The notes: generated by a model not told the origin, from the letters alone. A DNA stretch of 63,580 nucleotides, filler included, from Sphacelaria rigidula (GCA_964200075.2; 9 parts of 9 records of this genome joined end to end with filler, not necessarily neighbours in it), one strand, 5' to 3'; counted from the whole stretch's first letter, positions 38,481 to 51,648 are shown. Numbers and translations: made by a program.

Positions 38481-38548
38481 GCTCCGCTTGCTCAGTTGGC
38501 AACCTCGGAACCTTCTGACGGGTCGGTGGCGGGTTCGAGTTTCGGTGA
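38481..38548 (+). mobile_element. Degenerate tRNA-derived (SINE-head-like) sequence
   Basis: TTGCTCAGTTGG A box and GGTTCGAGT B box at tRNA spacing. Stems poorly paired. Confidence 0.45.
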
Positions 38549-39485
38549 AGTTCCACGGTCTGGCCTTGATTATCACACCATACCCAACAGTGAAGAACGA
38601 GTATGTCGTAGATACAAAATATTCGACTTCGTGATCGACGCGGGAAATGGATCACTGAACTCATTTCGCGATAAAAGGTGACGCAGAAGGAAGGTGGATA
38701 ATCGAAGTAAGGAGGAAATCCCTGTGTTGGCCTTCCTCCTGTGTGATCACGGCTGATGCGCCCACGTATACACAAAGGTGTAGACTGGCGTCCACAATAG
38801 GTGGCATGACAACACCACACACACTACATTTACGGTCGCCGTTGCTGCAGCGTCGCAATGGCAGAATAATGTGCAGAATGGCTGTCCCAGCTCCGTGAGC
38901 TGGTCCAGTCTCAAAACGGGTCTGGCCCTACATCTTGATTCCGCAGATCCCTTGAGAGAGTTGAAAACGAAACTTGGTACGGAGTAGCGCAAGGGCATGA
39001 TGAAAACGTGCATGCTACGAGTTGAGGGCAAAAAACAGTACCCATTTTTCACAAAAACGTCGATGACACTGAAGGGATACAACCTAAATGATACAGCATA
39101 TGTTCCTTCATAATTTTGCCCTCGGGAGTGTTTTTCATAGGTGTACTAATGCCGCGCCCCGGTGGTATAATCGTCCGACTGTCGCCATTAGGGTGGATGA
39201 AACGAGGGTTTGTTTCCCGATCCGTTGTTTTCTTCATTGCAATGTATGATTTCCACCGTAGAAAGCGTGAGAACGTGAGTAAACAAAGTAGTCGACTGAG
39301 TTGTTTTGACTTGAGTTGCCGCGGTGCGGGAGTGGTGATAGTCATGACCCAATGCAAGACACCAAAATGCAAAGCGTGTACCGGGTTGATTAGGGTTGAT
39401 CCCCTGAAACCACGGACTCATCCCAAGAAAGGCAAGGGGTTCAAGTGCGACAAATAAACAGCAAATAAGCAATAAATAATACTTA

Positions 39486-40252
39486 CTTTCCCTGTCCCAC
39501 AAAATAAGCCCGTTTGGAAAATCTCCTCGGATAAGCCAGTGATGAAATATTGCGATGATGTACCTAATACAGTCGTTTTTCGAAATACGGGCCTCCAACA
39601 TGTCTTCCACATATGGTTGCCATCGTGTCAAAAAAAAAAATGAGCATGAGGGGCTCACATGCTGTCATCCCCGGCGTGAAAAAAGCACAGTGAACCCATG
39701 TAGTGATAGATTTTCCGAAGGAGAGCCACAGTTTTGGGGGAACTTTGGCTTAATGTGCGATACGGGGGGTACAAAGAACCTCTTTTTGGTCAGACCCACC
39801 GTAGTCTGTTTCGAGGTGTTGGGGACCTGTGTGAGAACAAGAAGACCCTCCAGACTCGAAGACAACGTGATATTATCCCCAGGATGGGCGCGTAAACTCC
39901 CGAACCCGGCATGAACGGACTGCTGCAAGCTAAAATAGTGCTGTGGTGGCGCCAGACTGAAAAATGACGGTTTCGGGCGGTTCTCCGAAACATGTCGGGA
40001 ACCACGAAAAAATACGCTTCACCAAAAATCGATGGGAAGGCTGTCAACCAGTAGATTCCGGTTGTGCACGATCGACACACTCTGATCGCCGTGAGTGTAG
40101 CTGCTTGTCTATTGGGGGCTCGACAAAAGCCACGGTTTGAGTTTTGCTCCAAAACTTCACGAGAACAAAACAAGGGTTCGGGAGAAGCAGAAAACACGCA
40201 CGAAAGATGTGGCGAAACCTCCAAACGGGCTTATCTTGTGGGACAGAGGAAG
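39486..40252. mobile_element. Tc1/mariner (Stowaway-like) non-autonomous element
   Basis: TA|CTTTCCCTGTCCCACAAAATAAGCCCGTTTGGA ... TCCAAACGGGCTTATCTTGTGGGACAGAGGAAG, a ~33-bp TIR resembling the Stowaway CTCCCTCCGTCCC end. Confidence 0.75.
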
Positions 40253-40439
40253 TCATAACTACGAGTCAATATCGTACGTTCGACGAACGAGGTTCTATTT
40301 TTTGCCGTTCTTTTGTTGATAACCGTTTTTCGGGTGTCCTACGGTTCTCGGGGACCTTGAACTATCTCTGAATGACGCTGGACACCCGAAGACAGTGGAA
40401 AGTGAAGAACGTGATGAACCTGTCGTCCGTTGACAGCTT

Positions 40440-41600
40440 TGTGATGGCCCGTGATGCGTGTGTGCAAAATTTAATGTTCCAACTGCTGAAAAAGGCGTTA
40501 AGCTTTGCGATGAAGTGAGCTTGAAACGTGCGAACTCCCACCTACTTGATTTTGATATGAAATATATGTTTCGGGTATAATGGAAAACACTGCACTAGTT
40601 TTTCGAGTTTCGCAACCAAGCCACGTACATATCATATGTTTGTTGGACCACCCGGGACGTATAACATTAACCTATTTCATTTCGAAGCATTCTGTACCGC
40701 CTTCCAAGGAGATCTTCACGCTGGGACCCACGGAAGCCGGCAAAAAGCAGCGAAACTAGGAAATAGTGGTAACAATACGGCTTGTTTCCATTTAGAGCAC
40801 CGATACGTGTGGCACTGCCTTTTTGAGGACGATCTGAGCTTTTATACCACCGATATGGGGAAACCCTTCCGTGGTCTTTCGTGCCATTTATAAGTGGCAA
40901 CCACACAACGCCAACCCCCCACATCCTCGACAGAAACAAACCCACGGTGTGAGGTATAACTCGATCCCATATAGTAATCGGTTCCGCACATGTTGCTAGA
41001 TTCCGCGCTGATGCATCACCAGGATTCAAATTACGTCTTGATCGAGTAAAAATTGGGTTTAGATATCATGTTTTCAATAAATCATAGCAGTTTGATAAAG
41101 GTACCGTTTCGCCCTCAGCGCCATCGCTTTGGCCTTGGACAAAAATCCCGCTTTCATCCTCGTCGCCTGCTCTTTGCTGTCAGCTTGATACATGTGTTCG
41201 ACGATTTGTTGGGTATCGCGGAAGGCATTTGAGATGAGTGCGAACCAGGCTCCATTCTTCACCAAATTTCAAACCACACCTCGAACTCACCACGAAATTC
41301 ATGTCATGTATCGATTTTAGAATGGGGGTATTGTGCGCGTCACGTCTCTTCATAGATTCCAGATGACGTGGGGGTGAGGGTTCGAGGGCATTGATCGTCT
41401 CCCCGTGCCCAAAGGAATCGCCACACCCAAAATCCGCTGGTTCTACGGTGACGAGGTTTACTCCGCACAGCGTTTATCGGTGAGGAGGCATTTGACCGGG
41501 CTGTTGTGTAAGTGGGTTCCTGTCCCCAAATCAGATGACTCACAATATTTGCGGATCACGACCGAATATGTCTGCTTCGATGAGATATGGTTGTGACAGC
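40440..41600 (-). pseudogene. Possible decayed Mutator/MULE (FAR1-like) transposase
   Basis: In order on the reverse strand: LCGVN...DFGCG...ETINA (cf. FVGVN..FGCALL..ET), EHMYQADSKEQA...KRYLYQT, SAESSN (third catalytic E region) and NIKFCTHA (SWIM-like C.H). Confidence 0.4.
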
Positions 41601-44149
41601 TCAAGCTCGTCTTTATACCCAGTGCCGTAATATAATGATCGCCATTTGTTGTGAATTGATGTTAGGCAGGTAATTTAGGTGCCCGAAATACAACATGCAG
41701 GAGGAGTATATGTTGCACAGTGCGTGGCAGCACCCTTTTGTGTGAACGAGTTCTGGGCAGTCCTGTTGTCCTATTCATACCGGCATCGATATGCGTTTCC
41801 TACGCGCCGTGCTCCATGTGAGCTGCTCTTTCAAAGCACCCTTGAGAGTAGGAACGAGTGACATCATATTTCAGCGGCGTGACGTTGCCATTTCACAATA
41901 TTTTGAACTGGTGCACACCACAACAACTTCGAACCATCCAGTGAGAGAGAAATTGCAAATGTATTCGTCCCGATAACGCCTTGCACCCATCCCGTGTCCA
42001 CTCTTCATAGAATACAGATCGCCTTACTTTCACGAAAGAGAATAGAGCGATGAGAACGCAGGGCCACTCCGTCCATGAGTAACTGATCCGGCGAGTACCA
42101 TCTGGAATAAGGGAGTGGAAGTATTTACATTTCCCCTTGCGGTCTCGTGGACAGAAAATGCACCTTGCAGTAATCTCTGTACACCACTGTTCACAACGTC
42201 ATTGGACTGTCTCACACGATCTACGACCAAGGCTTGAAAACAAAAACCGCCAGCAGTCTAGCCCCGAAAAGACTGCCTGTAGTTTTCACCTGGTGTGTCG
42301 AATAGTAGTCACAGTGCCCCGCAAAATCCCAAATGGCCACTTCAAGCGGCTGAGCNNNNNNNNNNNNNNNNNNNNNNNNNNNNNNNNNNNNNNNNNNNNT
42401 TAATTAATTAANNNNNNNNNNNNNNNNNNNNNNNNNNNNNNNNNNNNNNNNNNNNTGAAGGAGTATCTACGCGATCGAGGGGCATTTGGCCGGCAAAAAC
42501 TTCATTGGGCACCATCGCTGGAAGTGTGGGGAAAGCACTGTTTTAGGCTTGAACCTCATCTCGGCGTTGAACCTCAATGCGCACATTTTTTTGTCATAGT
42601 TAAATTGGACGGATCATCGTCGAATGTCGATCTGGTCAGATATTGAGGTTGGACGCAGAGTTTTCGGGATTGTTTTTGTTGTTTTGGGAATTTGAGTGAT
42701 TCATGGTGGACAATTTTCCGCAGATGGTCCATAAGGATTGGGTTGAGAGATATGTGCAACACTGAGTACATGATCAGGGCAGTTAGTGTAGAGGTAACCT
42801 CAGGGGGGCGATATTGTGTGAACTGAATATCCCTTCCGATATTCTGAATGCGAAAATGCGTGGTGTACAGTATATTACGGGCAGGCAAAGTTTATTGGTA
42901 TCGTTGAAAGTCAAGGAAGAGTTGTTTTTGATACAAGCCGGGTGTTTGATATTTCCCCGACGTGAAATTTATTCGAGTCCAATTTGGAACTTGGATTGAC
43001 ACAGTAGTACAATCACGGTAAGATCGAGGAAACTAAGCTGCTTCGCATTGGTTATATAGTATGATTGTCCTTGATCGGATGTCGGGGGGTGTACTCATGA
43101 TCATGCTTGCCATAGTCATAAGACCATTGACGGGATGTCGGGGGGGGGGGCGAGATGTTGAACCTGAATGAAGACTGATGACCATGGTATGAGATTGTAG
43201 TTGCCCGAGCAAAAATATCGAAACATAGATGCACTACGAGGGTTCAGTGTTTGAGCGTTAAATTACTCGTTATTGTAGGCGAATCGGTGAAATTTGTGCG
43301 TGACTAAAAAAGGTTATTCACAAACGGGGTTCACGTTTTCCTTTTTAGCTCCAGATAGTAAGGCCTGGGTTTATATGTGTCTTTGTGGAGTTGTTCTCAG
43401 TATATGAGCGATATCGTCCTGTGTCATTACGCTTTCGAAATCACGACTGTGCCGCAAGCAGGGGGGCTGATCGAATATTCTTACACTCAGTCGTGAGGAT
43501 AAGGATGACATGTATGTAGGATACTGCGTGCATGTTGGACTGCGTGATTATGATACAAGGATTATGTGGACGGAATGACCGGAATGTAGGGATGTTGGAG
43601 TATATTCCGTACTGGAGAAGTTTCATCGGATTGTGTAGTATGACGCATTCATTACTGTTGTTATTCCGAGGTGTAGTACGCACATGCCACCCATCCGAGT
43701 TCAGTTGTTCATGCCAGTTCTTCAGTTATCCATGTGCTATATCGTCCTTATGTGAGTCAACATGGGGTACGGTATGAGGTGATTGGGGGAAGAGTAATCG
43801 AGATACGAAGAGGAAAGGGGTATAATCACCACCGATGCAACGAGCTTCTTCTTATTTTCTCCTCACCTGGGGTGCTGAGGATGACGATTCGTAGACCACG
43901 GAAGACATCCCCCAAGGCATATAGCGGCAGAACCAGGTAACCGTGGATCAAATTTAGTATGCAGTGGAATCGTAGATCCTCCAACCTGCAAATCTCCTGC
44001 AAAGCATTCATCAGTCGTCTTCATTATCACCGCCGAGAAACACCCCCGCCGTAAATGGGAGGCTCAGGCATACGTATTATGTTATTCTTCGAGGGTAGGT
44101 GCCTGTTGGGACATACCGTGCCGCACACAATCAGGCGATAGACGTGGCT

Positions 44150-46100
44150 TGCGCCACTACATGCTGGAAATATCTATTGCTGGAGGGACGCATGCACCTT
44201 TTCCAGTAATATCGTTCGACTTATTATGCTATCTTTGCTGTTTGATCAAACGTCATATTCAATTGCATTGTCGTCGTTAGGGATGAACCATTGCAAGGAT
44301 GCTGTCAGGGCCTGCATTGACACACGCACTGTGTCTTTCCAAGTTCGAAGGGAGCCAGCCCTTATCAATCGAACCGTAATCTGTGGCGCATAAACGATAT
44401 CTTACTGTCAATCCACCCACCTCTTCTGCGCAGTGTTTCTGTACACGGGTGGCCACTGGGGTGCCTGCTACCTCACATTTTTTGGACGTTACAGACCTTA
44501 CACAAGGTCTGTAACGTCCAAATTTGAGGTTGTAGGCGCCCAAGTGGTCACCCGTGTAGTAAATACCGCCGGGTAAACATGTATTTTGGCCAAACGAATC
44601 ATCACTCCTGATCAGTCTCCGATACAACCACTGTATGCGTGTAGACCGCCTACATGCTCACAACACAACAGTGGACCCTTAGCGAAGCACACAGAGATGC
44701 TTGAGGGGTTACATAGTGATGACGCATTGTTCACAGAAGGCTGAGGTAATACAAATACCTATTCTGAAGTGACGTACCGATCAAACTGTATATTTCTGCT
44801 ATTTTAGATCCTGACTTGGCCGGGTGAAGAAGGTAATGCGTGAGAGGACCGCGTGCTTAGAGGACCGTTCCGTAGTTTAAAACACCCCAGGATCGACGTT
44901 TTTCAAACCCAATCGGATCAGTCCCTGCAGGTACCACGCCCCTGACTACAACCCTAACACTAACTCTGACCCTAACCCTAACCATGGGGATATTCAAATT
45001 CCGATGCGGTCCTCTAAGCACGCGGTCCTCTCACCCATTACAAAGAGGACAAGTAGGTAAGTGGACGACTAGAAGACTGGAAGACTCGAAGACGAGACGA
45101 CTGGAAGACCAAACGACAGACGACGTGATAGACCTAAGGGTGCTGATACGCTATGTACACGTGATTATCACAACCATGCTCCAAGCAATCGACACCGGCT
45201 TCATTCTTTCCAGAAGCTAAGGGAATTATTTCGGTCCTGCAGGATCGTTCCTAGATCCGTTCCCAGAAGGTTCGGAGCCAAACACACAACATATCATATG
45301 AAACAGTGCATACTCCCTGTATCGTGCAGTCTGTTGGCCATGGGTGAAATAATCCAGGCTGGCACTCATAGGTGGTTCTTCATGAAGCTGGCCAGTTCTT
45401 GCCTGTGTCAAGATGTTGGTCACCATGAACATGACTGCTACTCCAGATAGAAGAGCAGGATTTGGTCCCCGGGACCGCACATAAGGATATTTTCTCCTGA
45501 GAAGGACATGCGGTCGTTTGTAAGCAAGGGTTGTCATCAAATGCAAGACAGAGGTACGTGTGGACGGGTGGTCGGGTTGGTCCAGCACTATTTGTACGAC
45601 GCCACGAGCTCTCCACACAGAGGTTATGGTCTGCGAAATAATTCCCCGTTTGTTCGATTTCATCTGTAGCGTTTCTCCAAAGCGTTTCACTCGAGCCCAT
45701 CGAAACAAGCATATGTTGGGAGATAGCGGTGGCGGAATTCGTACCCTATATTCCCTGTGTCAGCATCTTGACCCTTTTCACAAGATCTCTGTTTTTCACG
45801 CTGATATGCACCCAGGTTACTTTTATCATGGCGCATACATGGGTATACCCTATAACTCGCCGACCAAAGATAGTGGTGGCTGAATCTGGACCAGGAATTG
45901 AAGTGCCCCTGTGTCGTGCGTACACAGAAAAGAGAGTGCTTGACTTCACTTAGCACTGGATCGTCTTGCAGTGGGGTAGATTTACTGCATACAGACAGGG
46001 TATGATCTCCAGCAACAGTGACGGGCATTGGAGCAAACGCGTGAAGAATATGCTGCAATCCCCGACTGAGCGGTTGGTGTTCCTTATCCACATATATGAT
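44150..46100 (-). pseudogene. Decayed PIF1-type helicase remnant, probably Helitron RepHel
   Basis: Frameshifted Walker A region QTGNYF/QTITSVWRARGVV (~45590-45660) and Walker B-like LTQA...HEEPPMS (~45365-45410, cf. WDEAPM). Motif III-like IRSDDSFG..PGGIYYTGD (~44545-44615, cf. PFGG..GD.Q). Confidence 0.5.
44832..45042. mobile_element. MITE with ~35-bp TIRs and internal CCCTAA repeats
   Basis: GGTAATGCGTGAGAGGACCGCGTGCTTAGAGGACCG / CGGTCCTCTAAGCACGCGGTCCTCTCACCCATTACA, flanks AAGAA / AAGAG. A second copy starts TGTAATGCG at 49360 and is cut by the contig end. Confidence 0.85.
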
Positions 46101-46120
46101 TTCGTTCGGATACTACCGAC

Positions 46121-46369
46121 GACTGCTACCGAGATAGCCCCCCCCAAACCGGCCGAAACGGTGCACGGGGGCGATACTCATGAAGGCCGTTAGAGCTGGT
46201 TTCTTGCTGCCGGACGCGACTCATTTGGGCGTCGAAGCTGATTTCGCCCTCGCTACACGCCTCTCATGTGGGCGAAGTTGCTGTAAACGAGCCCAACAGT
46301 AGAATCGCAACCGGATTGCCGGACGGTCTTCGGTGCACGTTTTGTAGGGGGGCTATCTCGGCATTAGTC
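46121..46369. mobile_element. MITE with GACT... termini
   Basis: GACTGCTACCGAGATAGCCCCCC ... GGGGGGCTATCTCGGCATTAGTC inverted ends. Confidence 0.6.
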
Positions 46370-46737
46370 CGGACGCTCCTGTGTGCCGCTCTTCCAGCGT
46401 GCGAAATGAGCATATGATCTGTACCGTACTATCGACCGCTTTCACGCAACGTCTTGCCGAGTTTCAGCACGCACGCGGCCATTACTCTGACACGGACCAG
46501 TAAGCTTGGTTGCCACCCGGCATCATGGCTGCCGTGAAGCGATCGGGTACGAGCAGTATCCCCTCCTTGTACAATCGTAGTGCGGTAGGAAGAGATATAT
46601 GTATATATATATATGTCTAACTAAGATTACGTGCGAACGCTACCGTGCAAGCGGGACAATTACACCTACTCTCAAAACAGCACACTTCACAAAACCCTTC
46701 AGCTCCACGTCATGCTGCGACCTTTTTCATTTTCGAA

Positions 46738-47290
46738 AGCTTGATGAGATAGTGCGATGTTTTTCCATCACCGTTCACCTCCGACGAGGGCAACATTCGA
46801 CCTTCGACCCAAGCTGTCAGTGCCTGAAAGTATGAGCGTATTAGGCAATACGCGGGGCCCTGGTTGTGGATCTGACACTTATTCTGAAAAACGGAAATCT
46901 GATTCAGAAAAACGAAAATACACGATGAAAACAGGAGATACCAGAACGCAAGAAGAGCGTCTCTGTTTCCTTCGGGCAAGAGTTTTCTTTGGACCATGTC
47001 GCTGTATATGTTTGGCTATATTGCGCAAAACAGATAATGACGTTAGCTTCGTCAGGTAGTATAATGATTTTCCATCACCGATCACCTTCGACGAGCGCAA
47101 TATTCCCCTTTTACCCAAGCTATCAGTGCCTACATATAATATGCCCGTAATTGGGCATACGCGGAGCCCTGCCGGTGGTCCTGACGTTTTGATTCTGAAA
47201 AACGGAAATACACCAAAACGCAACAAAAGTGTCGGTGTTTCCTTCAGGCTGGAGTTTCTTTGGACCATATATGGCTGAATATTTTGTGCA
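46738..47290. repeat. Diverged tandem duplication (period ~307 bp)
   Basis: TTTTCCATCACCG, ACCCAAGCT.TCAGTGCCT, ATTCTGAAAAACGGAAAT and TTTCTTTGGACCAT each occur twice in register. Confidence 0.8.
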
Positions 47291-48986
47291 ACACACTCAC
47301 GTTGAAGAGGTAACGCGATTAGTGCTCATTGTACAGCATAGGCGTTCAATCAGTGAGAGCGTAAGCAAAAAAAAAAAAAGGTTGCGGCTTACCGCCCGGC
47401 GCTTTTTTCGCAAGCCTTTCTCTGCTTCGATTTCTCGGAGTTCGGTGCATTTTTGAGCCGCAGGTTCTTTGTTTTTTGTCTCTCTCTGGGTTGTCTATTA
47501 TTATTTGGCAATCGCAGCTTCTATCGTACACATGTGAAGCACATGACGTTCAAACGGTAACGCGATTATACTTCCTGACACCATAGGCGTCTGACTCGTG
47601 TAAGCGCGACATGTGCGTGCGTCATATCAATTTGATTTCAATCAACAACAAACAATAATAGATGCTGTGTTTATGGTTGCCTGTTTGCAGGCTTCCGTAC
47701 GGCGCTTTTTCGTCGGTCTTTCTGTGTTCCTTAGATTCTATCCCCCGGGATTCGGGGTTCAGAGAATCTAGCAGTCGATTTGCCGCGGTTCGGTAAATTT
47801 TGGAGTCGAATTGTATTGTTTCTGTGCTGTGGCCGTCTATGCTGTGTGACACATTCGGGTGTTCCGCATTCTCCACACGTTTAAAACGTGTAACAATATT
47901 CAGTGTGTTTCATCCACCATTCTTCCGCGCTCTCAAAGTTCGTTCGCGTTCCTTAATACCAATCATGCCACACGCATGTCGGATCTTCCTTCTTCTGCTC
48001 ATCGCATATAACACAGTTTCATGACCGATAAGCACATCAAATCTCTGGCTCAACCTCTTCTTGGTAGGAGCATCATTCGCTTAACCATCTCCCAAATTGC
48101 ATTCATTCCTTTCCGTGCCTATCGTGGAGGACGGGGCTGCCTATCGGCGGCCCCGTCCGATCCTTGTAAGTACATACACACACACGGGCTACACTCACAA
48201 TATCCGTACAACTACAGTAGAACTCAGCAGAATTTTTGGATTCGTCTTTGCAAGACAGTTTGGCAATGGGAGGGTGATCGACTTCAATTTTGACTGTATG
48301 AGCCGCCATCACGCCTGATTTGAGAAGAACTGGCGTCGAATCAACGGAGAGGTCCATGCATTTGAGGGACACAGAAAGTGCTGTTTAGCATTTGCAGTAC
48401 TGACCGCAAGGAAGGGCAAGGGTACCTTCGATACATAGAGTACTCACGCCTGCCAGACCGCGAAAATGAACCACGCAGAAGCCCCGTTGAAGACGACGAC
48501 AGCCATCGCCACCAACATCGACAAGAACTTCATCAGCTCCGAGTGGAAGCAGACTTCAATCCATCAGGTAGAGTACCGCCATGTCGCGCTATACGGCCGC
48601 CCACCATGCAGTTGGGACGTGTCTTGCTGTGCACTGCGGCCCAACCGCAGTTCGGTCTAGCTAACCTTATTATGGTGATGTCTGAGGACGTGTTGGTTGA
48701 AGCTGTGGCCAAAAATGAATCCGCTTGCTCAGCTGGTCATTTTTCTGCCTGTTGGTCACTCTGCAGATGAAGCTTGTGCTGGATGTATAATTGATACTTC
48801 GTTTATCGTGTCGAGTACGAGTACGTTGCTACAACTGGCAGCCGGCGATTTCGTTGAAATGTCGTATCCCGCATGTGCGCTGATATTTGAGACTAGAAAC
48901 GGTCAGAAAGTGTGCGTAGATCCCGCCGCAATGCTACATTCCGCCGCATTTGTTTTAGACTTCCAGATGAATGTTCGAATGTTCCT

Positions 48987-49190
48987 AGGGCAGGTCGAGT
49001 AGAGTATACTCAATTGCGGGGTATTTTGAAGGACGTACTTGGGGTACTCAAATTAGGGTAGAGTGTTGGGAGTCGTACCCAAAATATGACTGGAAAGCGA
49101 TGCCTAAAACCCTACCCCCGATTTGTGTACTTTGAGTACGCAACTTTCAAAAATACCCCGCAATTGAGTATACTATACTCGACCTGCCCT
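48987..49190. mobile_element. MITE with ~45-bp TIRs
   Basis: AGGGCAGGTCGAGTAGAGTATACTCAATTGCGGGGTATTTTGAA / TTCAAAAATACCCCGCAATTGAGTATACTATACTCGACCTGCCCT. Confidence 0.85.
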
Positions 49191-50458
49191 TGGAATCTTT
49201 GTGGCAGTCTTGGTTTCTGTCTCGAACCCTCTTGATACCTCACTCCTGTACAATGAGCGAATAAACGAACGAACATGATGAAGATGTTTCATTCGGAGCT
49301 GTTTGTGTTGCCTAGTCAAGGCGAGTCAGTAGAAAGGAAGAGTGACGTGGGAGGGGGAGTGTAATGCGTGAGAGGATCGCGTGCTTAGAGGACCGCGCCG
49401 TAGTTCAAAACACGTCAGGATCGACGATTTNNNNNNNNNNNNNNNNNNNNNNNNNNNNNNNNNNNNNNNNNNNNTTAATTAATTAANNNNNNNNNNNNNN
49501 NNNNNNNNNNNNNNNNNNNNNNNNNNNNNNACCCGGCGTGTTCCGTTCCGGCTTTGTAGGGATGCGAGGTCAATGGTCTTTTGACTATGGCATGCACGAT
49601 CATGAGTACACCCAACCCCTAAAAATAGATGACCGGCCTCTGCAACAGATCTTGCACAACAACACGTGCATTCATACCCGAACGAGGCAGAACAAAAGGC
49701 CGTGGGGACAGGTGCTCATTTTTTTAGCCACACTGTTTCGGGTATGAGCCAGCACCAAGCAGAGGTGCGGTAAAAACAAAAATCGTGCACGCCTGGTACT
49801 GCAAAAAAAATGGTTGCAGTGTCCACCGTCGCACCCCGATGGTCGAATTGGTCGGTGCGGTGGTAGACCTACCGACCAGTCGGTCGGCGAAAGCTCATCC
49901 CCCAGAGATCCAGCCGTGAGTCACGCGATTAGACGTACCCGAGATAAAGATAAAACAAAATCACGCGCTGAAAAAAGGTGAGGAAAACAGGAAGGGTACA
50001 CCAGACAGATTATACTCAAGAAAAAAAAAAGACAAGAAGAAAAGAGAAGAAGAAAAAAAATGGAAATAAAAATAAAATAAAAACAGGACAAAGACAAGAG
50101 AAAAAAGTTGAGGGTTCGAAATCCCGATAGATGACGTTATTTCGGAAAGAATCTGGCTTCGGTCGTCGAAAACGCGAGGACGCACGCGAGTGGCGACAAG
50201 AAAGAAATAAGTTAATGAATTAATAAATAAATAAACGAAAAAAAAAGTTTGACGCCGCGGTCCGGGAGTGCTTATACAAAATTATTGATTACTGCTAGAG
50301 CTCTCACGAATGTACCGGGGAGATGTTGGTTGACCTCTCGACACTAAGGGATTTGTCCCGAAAAAGGGGACGGGCAACATCACGAGCATGAAAAAAAAAT
50401 GGTGTTTCGAGACCTCTTGTTATCTCCTCTCAGGGAGGTTCTCAGATAGCACTCGTAC

Positions 50459-50548
50459 CTGCGACATTGGGAAGCTGGTTTCCTGCATACTCAGCAATTC
50501 CGCCATGATACAGCCCACAGACCAGACATCCACCGCTTTGTTGTAGTC
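50459..50548 (-). CDS. Atypical MAP kinase, exon (subdomain IX)
   Basis: CAG|DYNKAVDVWSVGCIMAELLSMQETSFPMSQ|GTACG, 90 bp, phase 0. Later exons are not on this contig. Confidence 0.93.
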
Positions 50549-51185
50549 CTGTAGCAAAAACAAAAGGAAAAAAGGAACGCGATTGAGTACAAAAGTTAAA
50601 AAGTGAGGAAAGTCAGGGGGAGGGTGGGGGGAGGGGGGGATAAGAAAAAAGGCGAGCAGACAGAAAACACGACACCGGACTAGGCGGAATGAGTACCCAA
50701 CCGAACCAATTCACAACACACAACAGTGCCGTCACGACCACTAATAAACAAAAAATCTAAATTCAATCTGCACAAAATTGACACAATTTCGGACATTCTC
50801 TACTAGTAAATTTCATTTCGTGTCCTCAGTCATGAATACATCAGAAACAGTCAACCGTGACCTCTTTCCCCCAACTCCCAACCCCACCCCCCCAACCCCG
50901 ACTCCTCTCCACCTCCACCTTTCCCGCCGCACCCGCCATTAGTAGTACACCACACATACATCACATACATCATAAACACGCACACAAGAGACAAATACAC
51001 ACTTAGGGGGGCAGCATTGCCTGACCTGAGATCTACCCTACAGTCAGTCCACGACCATCAAAACATGCGCAGGTGCGGCCGGCGTCTTGTGATCCGACTT
51101 GAAGACAACAACAAGGGGGTGATGACAGACACCAGGTGCGCGGCCTATCTTCACCGCTACACCCCCAGCCCACTCCACACGGCAC

Positions 51186-51422
51186 CTGCAAGAGGATCAG
51201 TTCCGGAGCGCGGTACCAGCGAGTGACAACGTGCTTGGTGAGCTGGCGCTTCAAGGTTCTCGTGGCCTCCTGTGGCGGCTCATCGTCCAAGTCTGTCTCC
51301 ACGTCTCCCTGCCCCTGCCCCTGTCCTTGCCCTGCCGTCGTTCCGTGCCCTACCCCTCCGTCGGCGCCGGGAGCGGCGACGCCGGGCGGCAAGGAAGACG
51401 GTTTCACCGGGGAGCAGGCCAG
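51186..51422 (-). CDS. Atypical MAP kinase, exon (activation loop and subdomain VIII)
   Basis: CAG|LACSPVKP...RTLKRQLTKHVVTRWYRAPELILLQ|GTGCC, 237 bp, phase 0. Confidence 0.93.
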
Positions 51423-51569
51423 CTGAATCGGTCGGTAAGTGAACGGTGGCGGTACGGGTTGTGGGGGGGGGGGGGTTAGTCCATGATGTTGGACCCATTC
51501 ACGAGCCTTCCTTACTGCATACGAGTGTTCCCGCTTTTGTTTTATCTCACATCGGGTACATACAGGCAC

Positions 51570-51648
51570 GTCTCTCTCTCTCTGTCTTTCTCTCTGTCTC
51601 TCTGTCTTTCTCTCTGTCTCTCTGTATTTCTCTCTGTCTCTGTCTCTC
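51570..51648. repeat. (TC)n/(TCTG)n microsatellite in a MAPK intron
   Basis: Direct reading. Confidence 0.9.

Noticed and set aside
12336-50548. Linking the orphan minus-strand exon to the MAPK as its C-terminus
   Set aside because: They are on different, size-sorted contigs with no physical linkage.
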